Source: Vitrella brassicaformis CCMP3155 (taxonomy: Eukaryota > Protista > Chromerida). Taken from it: a stretch of DNA of 64,000 nt. The DNA lies in NCBI GenBank assembly GCA_001179505.1, contig CDMY01000463.1:7688-71687 (forward strand), read 5' to 3'. The position numbers were made by a program, and so were the translations under genes. The notes beneath the pieces were generated by a model. That model made no database searches, had not been told where the DNA came from, and worked only from the letters and a program-made list of their open reading frames with translations. The first letter of the stretch is position 1, and every line of letters starts with the position of its first letter. This document shows positions 1 to 12,999 of this stretch, one piece after another.

Positions 1-125
1 TCGAGGAGGTTGCTCTTGCCCACGCCATTGGGTCCGATGATGATGTTCAGCCCCTTGTGGAAGCTGACGGACTGCTCCGTGCCGAACGATTTGAAGTTCG
101 ACACGCGGATAGACTTGATGTGCAT
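1..125 (-). CDS. 5' end of an SMC-family (SMC/Rad50/RecF-like) ABC-type ATPase; runs off the left edge of the window
   Basis: The reverse complement from ATG at 125 reads MHIKSIRVSNFKSFGTEQSVSFHKGLNIIIGPNGVGKSNLL. This is the typical SMC N-terminal (N/G)FKS(F/Y) strand followed by Walker A GxNGxGKSN. Not in the ORF track. Subfamily cannot be assigned from about 42 codons. Confidence 0.88.
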   Translation of the reverse strand, partial: MHIKSIRVSNFKSFGTEQSVSFHKGLNIIIGPNGVGKSNLL

Positions 126-260
126 GGTGGAAGCCGACGCCTACAGCCTCACAGACGACGAATGCGCCGACCTGTGCACCTGCCAAGAGAGGGGCTTCTT
201 GGACCCCAGATCGATCCATGCGAGCCATTTGTAAATCGGCCGGCCTGCGACGTGCTGGCG

Positions 261-3200
261 ATGGATAGGCGTCCGCCGCGCAAGGCGGCTGTAGCTGCTG
301 CGGCCGCATCGGCCGCATTGGCCCCACACAAACGCCATCGCAGCAACAGCCGTACCGATGACGCCGACGGTGACCATCCGATGGACCATGGTGTGGACAA
401 TGATGGCGAGGAGGAGAAAAGTTCGGGTGAAGATGAGGCCATGGCTGGGAACGTCAGCAGCTCATCATCGGAGGAGGGATCTGACTGGGAGGACATAGCG
501 AGGGGCAAGAAGGGCGCCGCCGCCAAGAAGAAACAGCGGCTGGATGCCAGCGGCAGGGCGGCAGGTGTGGCGGTGGCCAAGAGGCGTGCGGCTAAGGCGA
601 AGGGTAGGGGGAGGGGTATGGCCAAAGCCGAGGCGGCGGCTACTGTGGGGGAAGATCAGCGTGAGGAGGGGGAGAATGCCGAGGGCGCAGATGGTGACGT
701 AGATATGGAGGTCAGGAATAATACAAATCTCGGTTTTGGTGGCCCATTTGTTCTGTATTGTTTCTGTGTTGGTGCAGGATGTTGCTGAGAAGGGTCCGGA
801 GGATGCATTGGCGGCACTCGACACGATGGGCTAGGAGCTACAGGCACTCATGGAAACACTCAACGAGACCAAAGCAAAGGTAAGGAAAGGACGATAAGAT
901 AGCACATGCCATTGCCACCATCCATTTGTCATGCCGCAATGATCTATTCTCCAGGCCCGTCAGGTGTTTGAGGCCAAGAATGCCCTCCCGCCCCCCAACA
1001 CAGACGTAGAACACAACCGACTGCAGGTACGCACCGCCAACACACACACACACACACGCACACATGACCAAAACACACAGATAGATGGGCGCTGCGTGTT
1101 GTGTGTGGATGTGTTGTGGGTACATTCAGGTTGTCGAGCGTCAGTGTCGTGTGTGGACGAGTATGGTGCTGCGCAACACCAAGATGCAGGTCGACAACGC
1201 CAAGGGGACGGCCACGGCGCAGCTCAACCAGACCGTCGAGAAGCTCGAGATCATCGGAGACGGCATCAACAAAACAAAATCAACCAACTTGAGCAGGTAA
1301 GATACACACGGATATACACGGTGGAATGCAGACAAAGAACATCGTGATGTGTTCATGGGCGTTGTCACGTTCTGCAGGGTGAGTTTGCGTGTCTGGATGG
1401 GCTGCCCGAGGCCCTGTGGCTCAGTGATGACGACCGCATCGCTACGGAACCACACACCGTATCAGACAGGCATGCTCACACACCCTACACATGAAGCCTC
1501 TCATCGATGCTGTTCATTCGCCTCTCTCTGTTTGCAGGGCTGGGCGGCTACCTGGGGTTCGTGTCGTGCATGGCCTCCCTCTCATGTGTGAGCATGCACT
1601 TCAGCGCCCTCACGTCAAACAGCGCCATGCACCCCATCGTAGAGCTCAGCATACCGCCTCCTGACGACAGCATCGACTTACTCCAAGGTGAGACCAGCAA
1701 GGGACAGAGAACAATGCCCCTCCACGTCTTCGCCTCTCCTGTCGGCCCCTTTCAGTGCGGCTGTCTGCGTGTCGCGAGCTGCGTGTGCGCCACAGGCCGT
1801 GTGCGGCGATGGTGCGTCTGCTGGAGGCCCTCTCACCCACCATCGTGACACTAACGCTGCAGGGGTCGGCGCCCAGCCAGCAGGAGATCAACCGTACGGA
1901 CGCCAAGAGGGGTCGGCACCAGAGGGGCAAGATGGCGCAGCGGAAGCTGGTCAAGGCCATGAGGAAGGGCAAGGCCGCCAAGGTCGAGCTGCCATCCAAC
2001 ACGGCCCCAGTGGTGTTCCCACGCCTCCGAACGGCCACCATCTACAACGCATGGGGCCGCATAGCTGACGATCGCAACTACAAGCTGCCGGTGGGCATAC
2101 CTGCCACCCATCTGGCCGTCTCTATCAGTCAGTCTCGCTCTGCATATGTGTTCAGGCGTTGAAGGACTTGATTGCGGCGAGTCTCGGCCAGCTTGGACCT
2201 CTATCGTTCATTCGCCGGGCGTCGGCTGGGCTCTCATCGCTCCACATCACACATGACAAGGTGCGACAAAGAGACCGACAGACGAACCCTACGGAGGGAT
2301 GGGATGCATCCAGTCGTTGCTCGCACGTCGTGTCCATTAGGATGTTGTTGCCCACGCTGAGGAGAACGTGACCCTGCATGACGTTTCAAACGCTCTCAGA
2401 TGCACGCCCGCAGGTGTGCATTTGACGACACGCGCACGGAGCCATCTTACATTAGGTGAACTCATTCACCCCGCTCCCCTCTCTCTCATTCATTTCAGCT
2501 GAGACGCTGGTTTCCCTCACCGGACGCGTTCACCTTGAGGTGCGGCGTCATCAGCCCCCTCTCCTCCACCCTCAACCCCCACCTCTCAGCTCGACCATCC
2601 ACGGATTCGTCAACGTGATGAGCGCCAGCCGCCTGCAGAACATCCAGCTGGGTGTGGGCCCTGGGGAGATCCAGTCGGCAACTGACATACAGGTACATGA
2701 GTGCACGAGCCAACGCCGGTTGCCATCCGCTGATCTCACTCACTCTCATACACCGACTGCCCGCCGATCATCTGATGCATTCATTATAGAGCATCCACTG
2801 CATCCGCACTTCCTGCCTCGCCCCCAACGCCACCGAGGACTACTACCGAGTGCCGACCCACAGCGAGCGCCGTCAAGGCATCCGCGGCCCCCTCCCAGAG
2901 AAGCCCCACATCCGCCTCCCCATCACAGGCACCGCTGCTGAGCTGGGTGGAGCCGTTCCGACCTTCCAGCTGTTCTGCGCACAGACCGGGGAGGCCACTC
3001 TCGAGGCCCATGCGAGGCAGGGTGCGGTGAGGGAGGCCCCCGGCCTGGACGACCTCGTCTGCGGCAAGGCCAAGAAGCTGACAATCAGGCCATCAGGCGC
3101 TTCGCACCCGCTCCCCCCCTACGTCATCGGCAATCCCGCCTCCCTCTTCCCGGCCGTCGAGTCAGTCGAGGTCAGGCAGGGGACTCAGGGCATGGCCTTC

Positions 3201-3866
3201 TACGATGGGGGCGTGGGGGCTGTCTTGGGGGACCTGCCCTCACTCGAGAGTGTCACCTTCAAAAGGGACATTAGGTCGGTTGCTGTAGAGGGGGGTGCCG
3301 GAGAGGGTATTGCCAATGGGCCGCTGACGATCTGTCGCCGTGCCACTGTCTGTCTGGTGCCTGCTGCCGTCGGTTTTCTGTCGGCTGAAGCCGCAACGGC
3401 TCTCACAGTGGCCCTCGGGTTCGATGTGGGTCTTGCCTACTACCGTTATCACGATCCGGCACATGAGAGGTGGGAGATCAAGTGGGACGTGTATGAGCAG
3501 GCAGGGAAGGGGAAGGAGCCCATGGGGCGGGTCAGTCGGATAGAGATCAGCCTGAGTGCACCACTGTATGGGGGGCCGGATCATGAGTATGGTATGACAG
3601 AGGAGGAAGGCAAGGCTATGTGTCGGTCGCTGGCCGACGCAGTGGCGGAGGCCTTCTCTCTCTTCCCCTGTCTGCGGTCTGTCTCTCTGTCTGGCAGCAG
3701 GCCCCGATTCCCCTTAGTGCCTGAGATCAGAGAGGCGGCTCAGGGGAGGTTTGTTGTCGTGTCTGGCAAGAAATCTGCCGTTGAGATGCGGCCCACGCGC
3801 ACTAGCAGCAGCAAGGGAGGAGGGGTCAAGGGTAAGAGGGACAAGGCCACGGCCAAGGCAGGCTAG
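261..3866 (+). pseudogene. Multi-exon member of a lineage-specific family (acidic/basic low-complexity N-terminus, coiled coil, divergent F-box-like motif, LRR-like C-terminus); probably pseudogenised
   Basis: Exons match the gene at 42280-46090 in order: DVAEKGPEDALAALD/DVFEKTPDDALEALD, ERQCRVWTSMVLR/DRQFRVWTSMVMR, LDGLPEALWLS/LEDLPEALWVS, MHPIVEL/MHPILEL, MVRLLEAL/IVRLLEAL, APVVFPRLR/APVVFPKLR. There is an in-frame TAG at 832-834, and the donor at 1442 reads CT instead of GT. The F-box/LRR labels are inference. Confidence 0.75.
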
Positions 3867-4357
3867 ATCATCCACACAACAACACATGATGTCATACACA
3901 CTGCTCCTTCGTTGATTCAGTAAGTGGGCGGGTGTGAGGCTACAGGGGAGGAAGGGGCAGCTCTGCATACGTGCAGTGGAATTGCTGGCTGACATGTGCG
4001 GCAGTGGATGGATGGATGGATGTGAGGTGGCTGTGGTGTTTGTGTCCCTGTGGAAGTGCCAAGCACAACAGAGACACAATCACGGCAACCAACTGCCTCC
4101 GTCCACACGTGTCTGTGTGCACTGGTAAGGGCGGGACACACCTTGGTTGATTGATCAGCTTTGATGTACCAACAAGCCAGGGTCGGTGGATTCATTGAAG
4201 CTTCAAGGCCACGCACCCGCGTACGCACACGCGTCAATCCATCGAGGAACACGCACCCCCACCCCCGAATGTCTGTGTGTCAATTCAAAAATACAATCAA
4301 GGCAATGGCTCACTGGATTAGCTGCACCATGGGCTGCCACCCACTCACTGGCTGCAC

Positions 4358-4388
<31 letters not shown>

Positions 4389-4603
4389 GGAGTGACAGGA
4401 GTGCAAAGGCACATCAGTCTGTCCTTTCCCATGGCCAATACTTACACGAGGAACGACACGGTTGCCCGGCGGGACGACACAAACAGATCGCATCACAGCA
4501 CGGATGACTGCACCACAAAAGCACAAAGATGGACACAACAACCAACCGAGATAGTGTGCGCGTGTGTGTGCCCGCCTGCTCTCTCGTCTGCTCTGCCCAC
4601 ATG

Positions 4604-5600
4604 TCATAGATGCGTTACCACCAGAAAGGCCACCACAGGGGGCATCGACACCAGCAGGTTGTCGAGCACACCCCCGTAGGCCTCCAGCACCGACGTCAGA
4701 CATGAGATGGCCAATCGCAGCCAAATTGAGGGCAGGAATGGGGTCGTCAGAAGGGTGACAAAGAACACCGTCAGGGAACCCGCTATCTGATCAATGTGAT
4801 CCACAACTGTGTCCATTTCAACGCGAGATGAAAAAGCGTGGGGGAGTTCCCGTCAGTCAGTCGGTCGACTCACCGTTTTGTCTCCCGCCCATTTGGGTGA
4901 CCTTACAGCCTTTCCCACAATGGCGGCCAGTGGGTCGGCGAAGAACATGGGCATCAGCAGGGCGAACGGCAGCTCCAGGATCGCCCAGGTCATCACAATC
5001 AGCCCGTATATCGTGATGCCGAGGTCACCGCGACGCGCAAACCTACAGACCAGACAAGAAGCGCTTTGACCGGTCCATGCCATGTGGGTCTGCGCGTGTA
5101 CGGTGCGTATCGCCATACATACCTGTACGGCGGCAGTCCGAACAGCTGTTTGTACGTGTCGGCCATCCAGATGTGGGATACGACGTAGATGGCAAATACC
5201 ACCATGAAAGGGCGCGTGACGGCCGTGTAGGGGCTGTTGAGCAGCAACCAGCCCGACAACATGTGCACCAGCTTCCTGGTAGGGAGTCACACACATGGGA
5301 GGGAGGCCTGGGAGTGTGTGTGTGCCGGTGTTTGCCTGCGAGTCGCCAGCTGAGCTGACCTGGCGTAGAAGACGGGAATAACATCGAAGAACTGACACAC
5401 GATGAATACACTGATGACACCCGTCATCATCAAATACCCAGGCAGCACCATTGCGATAGGTACAACCTGCACACACACAACAACATCCACAACAGAACAG
5501 ACAAGCTTAATTGCATCATCTGCATGTGGGCATGCAGTGTGATCGATTGCCGGTTGCTTACACAGATAGAGCCTTCAACGAATCGACGACGTCAGCCGCC
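4604..5600 (-). CDS. CTP-dependent isoprenoid-alcohol/diacylglycerol kinase family membrane protein (phytol/farnesol kinase VTE5/FOLK-like or DGK1-like); start uncertain
   Basis: Spliced exons give VFYA|RKLVHMLSGWLLL, FADPLAAIVGK, IAGSLTVFFVTLL and LEAYGGVLDNLLV. These match the RKLVH, GDxxAxxxG, KSxxGS and ExxxxxDNL motifs of the cytidylyltransferase-like (CTP_transf_1) kinase family. Confidence 0.75.
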
Positions 5601-5790
5601 GGAACAGAGCACCTGAAAGAACACACGGGATTCCCCGGGTCTCAAAGGCAAGATCTGACACTTTTTCTGGCTCACCGTTGATCGGATGACAAATGCACGC
5701 GTCGTTTGGGAGCAAGGCTGACAACGTCGCTTCAGGGTCTGCGAGCTTAGCCACGAAAACCCCTTAGCTCGCAAAATGACTCCGATGACA

Positions 5791-5818
5791 CCTAGGGTGC
5801 TCCCTGAAACCGCTGCGA
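5791..5818. promoter_or_regulatory. 28-bp element cctagggtgctccctgaaaccgctgcga, copy 1, in a divergent intergenic region
   Basis: Identical to 26748-26775. This copy is bracketed by the 11-bp direct repeat gactccgatga (5778-5788 and 5817-5827) and preceded by a tgcgagct/agctcgca inverted repeat (5740-5773). Function is inferred, not shown. Confidence 0.5.
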
Positions 5819-6045
5819 CTCCGATGAAGTGACGTTTGGTTGCGCTTGCATCTCTTCTAAAATCACTGCAGTCTGTTCCTCTTCCCCTGCAGTGAGTGCT
5901 GATCAATCAGATCTATCTGGTGGAGCTGACTCATCTCATCCATCCATAAGCAACAGGCAGGTGATGGCATGGCAATCAGAGAGAGCCATGCAACGCACTC
6001 ACCGTCCATGCCACGCCTCTCGTTTCTTTTAATTTCAGGCAGGCT

Positions 6046-9000
6046 ATGCGAACAACTCGCCTCTTGCGCAGCGTGCACAGCATGTGTGTTGGGAGATGCG
6101 GATATGTATATGCATCGGCTGCCGTCCGCCCCGCCCTTCGCCAGCAGACCCGCTGCGCCCGCACGTCGACGGCACACAGGAGAAGCGACACCACTAGACA
6201 TAGTAGGCAGGGCAGGGAGAGACTGGAGAGAGAGAGTGGTATCCATCACATCAGCTGTCTGTCTGCGTATCGTTCAGCGTCTGGTGAGTCGTCGTCGGCA
6301 TCATCAGCTGCCCCAGCGATGCGATTTGATGAGCTGCAGCTGAGTGAAGGCACCATGAAGGGTATTACACAGGTGAGCCACACGCAGCTGGCCAGGCTGA
6401 CTGACACGCAATCACATCGCACACACACGTGTGTCTGCCTGCCTGCCTACCTGCTGTCATGTGTATCAGATATTGGGTTACGAGACCATGTCAGATGTGC
6501 AGTCCAAGGCAATCACCAAGGTTGGTTGGTGTGAATGTCTACACACGCACATGCACACAACACATACGCGGGATCAGACCAACGGCCGATATGGGTCGCA
6601 CACACCTCTGTGTGTGTGTGCACTGCAGGTGTTGCACACGAGCAACGATGTCCTGGTGCAGAGTAAGACGGGCACCGGCAAGACGCTCTGCTACCTCATT
6701 CCCGTCATCGAGAAAATGGTACACACACACACATTCAGCACCCTTAGACAGACACGTGACAATTGCTGTGTGTCGGCCGGTGTGTGCAGGTGAGGAGCCC
6801 TCCTGTGGCTGTGGGTGCGCTCATCCTGGCGCCCACAAGAGAGCTGGTGCTGCAGATCGTCAAGGAGGCCTCTCAGCTGCTGACGCACCACCCGGCCATC
6901 GACATACTCCCTCTCACTGGGGGCACCTCCCGAAGACAAGACACGGTCCGTCTATTCGTCTGCTGCAGACACACACACAGAGCCACCCACGTGTTTGCGT
7001 GTAGAGATTTTCTGATTCTGTGTGTGTAGGTAGCTCTGAAGCGCCGGAGGCCTCAGATCGTGGTGGCGACCCCGGGGCGGCTGTTGGATCACCTGTCGTC
7101 GACATTCAACTTTCACTCGCTCTTCACCGGGCTGTCTGTCATGGTGCTCGACGAGGCCGACAGGTACACACACTCACAGGCGCATTCCCTGTCTGTCTGG
7201 CTGTCTGTCTGTCTGTCTGCCTGTCTGTGTGGGTGTGTGTAGGTTGTTAGAGCTTGGGAGCATTGACGATCTGCGGACCATCATGACATACATGCCCAAA
7301 GACAAACAGGTGTTTACGCGAGTGCCTGTCTCTGTGTCTGTCTGTATCTGGACCTTTGTGTGGGTATTGTATTGTTTGCCTTGTATGCGTGCAGTCGTTG
7401 CTCTTCTCGGCGACCATCACGGATGACGTCAGGGGTACATCCAGAGAGAGAGGCAGAGACGACAGACTTGTCGACGACAGGACACACAATCATCTGTGTG
7501 TCCATGCCATGTGTGCAGAGATCGCCACTCGGGCCTGCAGAGCCAACTACATGCTCATCGTAAGCAGACGCACCGATGAATCGAATCTTTGTGGCCGTTT
7601 TCATTTCCATGTGTGTGTGTGTGTGTGTGTGTGTGCAGGACTGCATCCCTCACGACGACATCCCGACGGTGGATCGTGTGCAGCAGAGATACGTCACACT
7701 CCCAGCCAGATGCCTCACACAGGCGAGTGATCAGACAGACAGACAGACAGACAGGGAGGAAGAAACAGACACCGCACCCGCCCCACGGACAGACGTCAAC
7801 TGCTGCCTGCCTTTGCCTGTAGGTGTTGTATCACTGCCTCATGAACGAGATGCGAACCAACCTGTACAGCTACAAGATCCTGGTCTTCTTCCCCACCGCA
7901 CGATGCACTGCATTCTTCGCGCACTTCTACAGGGAACAACTCAGGTCCACACACACACATGCACACGCACACACACGGTCGTGTGGGTGTGTGTGGGTGC
8001 GGTGCATCCACACCACAGGTGCGTCAGTGTGTGTGAGTTGGTTGGTGCGGTGCCTGCAGGATAGCTGTGTATGAGATGCACCGGAGGAGAGACCAGCACA
8101 CAAGGTGGGTGCACCACGCACACACACAGACACAAAGAAAGCACATCTGTGTGTGCACTGTCTGATGCTCAGGAGCGTCACATCAGATCGGTTCAAGAGC
8201 GACCCCACAGGTGCGGTTTGTGCGAACACAGGGAGCCGCCGTCAAGTTGTTTGTCGTGACATATGTTTGTTTGTGTGGCCTGGCCTTGCCTTGTGAGTGA
8301 TTTACAGGGATAATGTTTTCGAGTGATCTGTCGGCTCGTGGGATGGACTACCCCAACGTCACACTCGTCATACAGGTAAGGCACACACACACACGCGTGA
8401 GTGCCGCTTTGCTTTGCTTTGTGTGTCTGCAGGTGTGTGCCCCGCCCTCTCGCGAGCAGTACATCCACAGAATCGGTAGCCTACACAACGCAGCCACACA
8501 AGCATCGAATCGACACAGTGCCTCTATTATAGACAGCCAATCTGTGTGTGTGTGTGTGTGTATTGTGCGTCAGGTCGGACGGCCCGTGTTCACTCTGACG
8601 GCCGTGGGCTGCTGCTGCTGACTGAGAACGAAGCGCAGGGCGGCATGGAGGTAGGATGCGATGCGCCGTGCAGTGCACTGCACGCACCTCACCACGTGTG
8701 GGTGTCTCCGTATGCCTTTGTGTGTGTGTGTGTGTGTGTGTGGAAAGGCCATCAAGGATTTGCCCATACATAAGATTGACGACAAGTCGCTCTTCTACCA
8801 GGCAGGCAAAGACACACACCACTGTGTGCTGTGCTGTGCTGAATCGATGGTGGTTGATGTTGATGTTGATGTTGATGTTGATGTGTGTGTGTGTGTGTGT
8901 TCAGAACGACCTGCTGGTCAATGCTGTCAGCAGCTGGATGGCCAACACACAGGTGGGTATGTTATCCCCCGCTGCACACGCATAGCATAGGCAGGCGGGG

Positions 9001-10132
9001 ATTTATGAGATTTCTCTCTCTCGATGTGTATGTCTGTTCTGTCTGTTCTGTCTGTCTGTGTGTGTGTGTCATTCGTGTCATCCAGCTGTTGTTTGCGGCA
9101 TCTGCTGCGTATGCCTCGCTGCTGACCTACTTCAAAGTCCACGCCCGCAGGTCAGGTGTGTCACACACCACACCACACCCTGATGCGATGCCAAGCGATG
9201 CACACCATGCAGCAAAGCATCTGTCTATCCTCATGTGTGGGGTGGGTTTGTGTGTGTGTGTGTGTGTGTGTGTGTCTTTAATGTCAGGTTGAAGCTGAGC
9301 GACAGTGACGTAGGGCATACAGACAGACAGACACACCCAGACACAATGAATGCCCCCGTGTGTGTGCGATGTGGTTCTGTCTGGCAGATCATCCAGACAG
9401 CGGGGGACATGCTGCTGTCCGCCGGCCTGGTCGACACACCTGGTGGGGTGGGGACCTTACTCTCGCACACCACACACACACACACCCTACACGGCCTCCA
9501 CGCTGCGTCTGTGAGAGCGTGCCTCTCTATGTTTCTGTGTATGTGCATGTCTGTCTGTCTGGTTTGTTTGTCCAGCCATCTCCCGTCGGCTCGCCCAGAC
9601 GCTGCAACTGGAGGGCAACCCCATGATCAAAGTAACACAGACAGTCAGACAGACAGACACCCAATCATATCATTCTTGCCAGCCCAGCCGGCTCATCTCA
9701 TGTCATGGGTGTGCGTGTGTTGTGTTGTGTGTGTTGTGTTCAGGTGCAGGACAATTTGGACGAGTTGGATGCGTTGGAGTATCTGCACGAGACGGCTGAC
9801 CACAACAGACAGAAACAGCACGAGGAACGGAGGTAGGTACGCAAGGAAGGCTCATGAATGAGGCCAGGCACACCACTCAACTGACAGACATCGACTGCAT
9901 ACAGACACACAGAGATACGTGTGTGCACTGAATTGATTGATGGACTAGATATGTGGAGGAGCTTAAGCTGACGGCAATGGGACGAAAGCACGACGACAGA
10001 GACCACACTTTCACACAGGTACCCATGTTTGTTTGTACGTGTCAGCTAAGCGTGTGGATGTTCGTTCGTGTTGGCCTTGGCTGCAGACGTATGGCTGATA
10101 TAATTGATGTGGCATGTATGGGTGGTCTTTGA
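6046..10132 (+). CDS. DEAD-box ATP-dependent RNA helicase, MSS116/plant RH25-26-31 (DDX18-related) type, with a putative organelle-targeting N-terminus; about 20 exons, 3' end approximate
   Basis: Exons carry the Q motif (FDELQLS...GYETMSDVQ), SKTGTGKT (I), [12 protein letters not shown] (Ia), [11 protein letters not shown] (Ib), VLDEADR (II), FSAT (III), LVFFPT (IV), SARGMDYP (V) and YIHRIGRTAR (VI). The leader [10 protein letters not shown]... is Arg/Ser-rich. Confidence 0.92.
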
Positions 10133-10769
10133 ATCTAAGGGCTGACTTGACTGATGCGATGCGGGCGATCGATATAGGTGAATGACGTGACGTGTCTTGG
10201 GATCATTGAGTGTATAGCTAAGCTGACAACCGCTAAATTGCGTGTGCGTGTTAAAGACCTCTTTCACTCATTAACGCGATCGTTTGTCTACTGCTCGCCC
10301 AGCAAACAGGCGGCATATAGATAGGTGGCATATGTGAGTGAAATAGGATGTATGTGTGCGTGTGTGCGTGTGGTAGCTTGCTGGCATGCTTGCTGGGCAG
10401 AGGATTTCGGAGCGTTTCAGGGGTGTATTCAAATATGGCTGGTGCGGTGCGGGAATCTGTTTAGCTTTACAGTGAATGGACAAATAACATGGACACACAT
10501 TAAATACATTCATTCAAGCAAGGGAGCATGAGGTGATGGGGAGCGCTGTATATGTCAGTGTTGCCACCACACGCAGCCAATGAATTGACAGGGAGGAGAG
10601 GGAGGAGTGGTTCTATTACCGCCGCATCACCTGCAGCACCTCTCCCTTTCGCCTGTCAGCCTATATCCCGCAGGTCACCCAGCGGCTGTCGATGGTCTGC
10701 CAACAGTCACCAGACACATTAAGACAGAGACAGAGGGACGAGAGAGACGGAAAAGACTGCTATGCGTGA

Positions 10770-12980
10770 GTGGGTCACTGTTCGTGTCTCTTGTGTCTTG
10801 CCTTTGCACACCTTGGCGCGCCTGAGCAGCTTGATAAAAAAAAGTTCTTCATCAGCTGCTGTGGGCTTCTGAAGCGCCGGGGTGACCTCAGCTGGCCTTT
10901 GCGTGATGAATTCGATGTTCGTCGGGGAAAGCTCGTTAGGGCCGGACACGTGCAGGATGGAGGGCTGGTCGTGGATGTTTAGATAGTTGTTGTTGGCATC
11001 CCTGTTCTTGTCGGTGAGAAGGGAGAAAGAGGAAGGCAATGCACATCAAGGAAGATCATGTATGGGGTGTGTATATATATGTGTGCTGCCTGTGTATACG
11101 TACAGGGTGCTCACTCAATGGCGTAGGACAAGGGGAACAGACGCCTGCTGTGACCTCCAGAGGACCAACAGAGCGTTGTCGAAATCTGCATGCAAACACA
11201 GGCAAGGAACAGAAGGAATAGGAGAGAATACCCAGGTAGTTCTTGTGTTGGTTCGCTCTCTCACTCACTTCATCGCCATCGAACGAGTCAACGTTGGATA
11301 TGTCGACGCTGCCCGCATCGCATCGGTGGTGCTGCTCGTATTGGAGTCACAGATACACGCGCACACGCATCGTCCCACCACTCGCTCTCTCCCGAGTCAC
11401 ACACATACAGGCTCACGCACACGCACACACACCCATCTACTGTCTCTCGCTTTCTTGTCGACTCACAGATACACTGACACACACCTTCCCGGCACTCATC
11501 ATCATCATGACACCAGTGGCTCCTGCCAGGCAGAAAGATAGATGGTAAAGTCGATATGTGCAGCAATAGGTGAGGTGAGGAGAGAGCACGTGAGAGAGCA
11601 TGGAAGAGAGTGGAGAAAGCCATCCATCCAAATGCAGAGAAAAATCTGTGTGTGTGTGTGTGTGTGGAAGGAGGGAAAAAATCTGTATATGTGTGTGTCT
11701 GTGTGTGTGTGTGGGTTTGTATATGTTTATGAACGGTCTCTCGCTCTCTTGTCGAGTCACACATACACGAACACACGAACACGTACGCCGTCCCATCAAA
11801 AAACCACCACACCACTACGCCAGTGTATCCCGTCAGGCAGAAAGAAAGTCGATATGCGGGCAGCAAGGTGTGAGGAGAGAGTGGAGAAAGGCATTCATCC
11901 AAATGCAGAGAAAAATCTGTGTATGTATGTGTGGGTATGTGGGGGGGGAGGTGTATGTGTGTATGTAGGTATGTGTGGATATCGTCGAGTCCTGATTATT
12001 CGCCAGCGTCCTCACTGCACGTCGGCAAGAGAGTGACAAAACGCAAGAGCGACGTGAATATTGCTGTGTCTGTGACTGTACTCGTATGTGTACCGAATGC
12101 GGCGCCTACCTGTGGAACGTCATGTAATAGTAATGGGTCTCGCCGCAGTCCTCGCGGGGGCACTGCAGAGTTTGACGAACTCCACGTTTGGTGGGGGAAT
12201 CTCGTTGGCGTCGAACACCCGGCAGGGATATTGAGGTATTCGTTGCCATGCATGTCTCTGTCGGTCAGGAGGCAGATAGAGGAAGACAACGCACAGCAGG
12301 GAAGATCATGTGTGATGCGATGTGATGTTGTGGGCGGATGGAGGCTCTCTGCCTGTCTGCTTTCCTTCCTCGGCAGATCTGGCAGCTCTTTGTGAGGGAG
12401 GCCCACTCACCTACGTGGGCGATTCGGCAGATTACGACCACCACACCTCTGTCACTGCGCCGACGCTAAGACGCTCACGAAAAGGGGACGGATCTTCAGC
12501 CAGTGAAGCGCGCAAATATTCCTTGTCATCTCCCCGATAGGGACGTCAATCTGATCGGCACCCACACGAAGATCATGGATGGGGTGTATATGTATGTGTG
12601 TCGGTTGTGTATGTAGGGTGCTCACTGAGTAAGGTAGACCAGGCCGAACACGCCTGTACGTCCTCCACATGACCCAACAGAACTTGACGCGCTCGTAGAA
12701 GACCGCCGGACATCGTCATCACCTGCATTGTCATCACCTGAAGGCACACACATGCAAGGAGCAGGAGAGAATATCCAGGTAGTTCTTGTGTTGGTTCGTT
12801 CTCTCACTCAGATCATCGCTGTCGAACGTGCCGACGGTCGAGATGTTGTCGTCGCCCACATCACGATGTGCAACTCTATTGGCAACGCGCTTGAGAGCAT
12901 CTGCATCAAAGCGCGTAGTGTCACAGACAGAGGACATGCAATGACTATGCTGGTATGTGAGGGTGCCTGGTGCACCTATC
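10770..12980 (-). pseudogene. Two tandem, diverged and decayed copies of an unknown multi-exon gene
   Basis: Three homologous exon pairs in the same order: SSFSLLTDKNRDANNNYLNI/SSICLLTDRDMHGNEYLNI, VLWRS/VMWRT (both followed by donor gtgagcaccc), and FDGDEVSERANQHKNYLGILS/FDSDDLSERTNQHKNYLDILS. There is also an internal duplication (about 11530-11680 vs 11835-11950). No continuous model could be built. Confidence 0.6.
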
Positions 12981-12999
12981 AAGGTTAGCTACCGGCTTG

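Noticed and set aside
5778-5827. Direct repeats around the 28-bp element as a mini-CRISPR or box C/D snoRNA
   Set aside because: Only two 11-bp repeats in a eukaryotic context with no cas genes. The CGATGA/CTGA boxes are imperfect and have no terminal stem or evident guide.
11104-12625. agggtgctc at about 11105 and 12615 as further copies of the 28-bp element
   Set aside because: Only 9-10 bp match, and it is explained by the shared donor region (gtgagcaccct) of the tandem duplicated exons.
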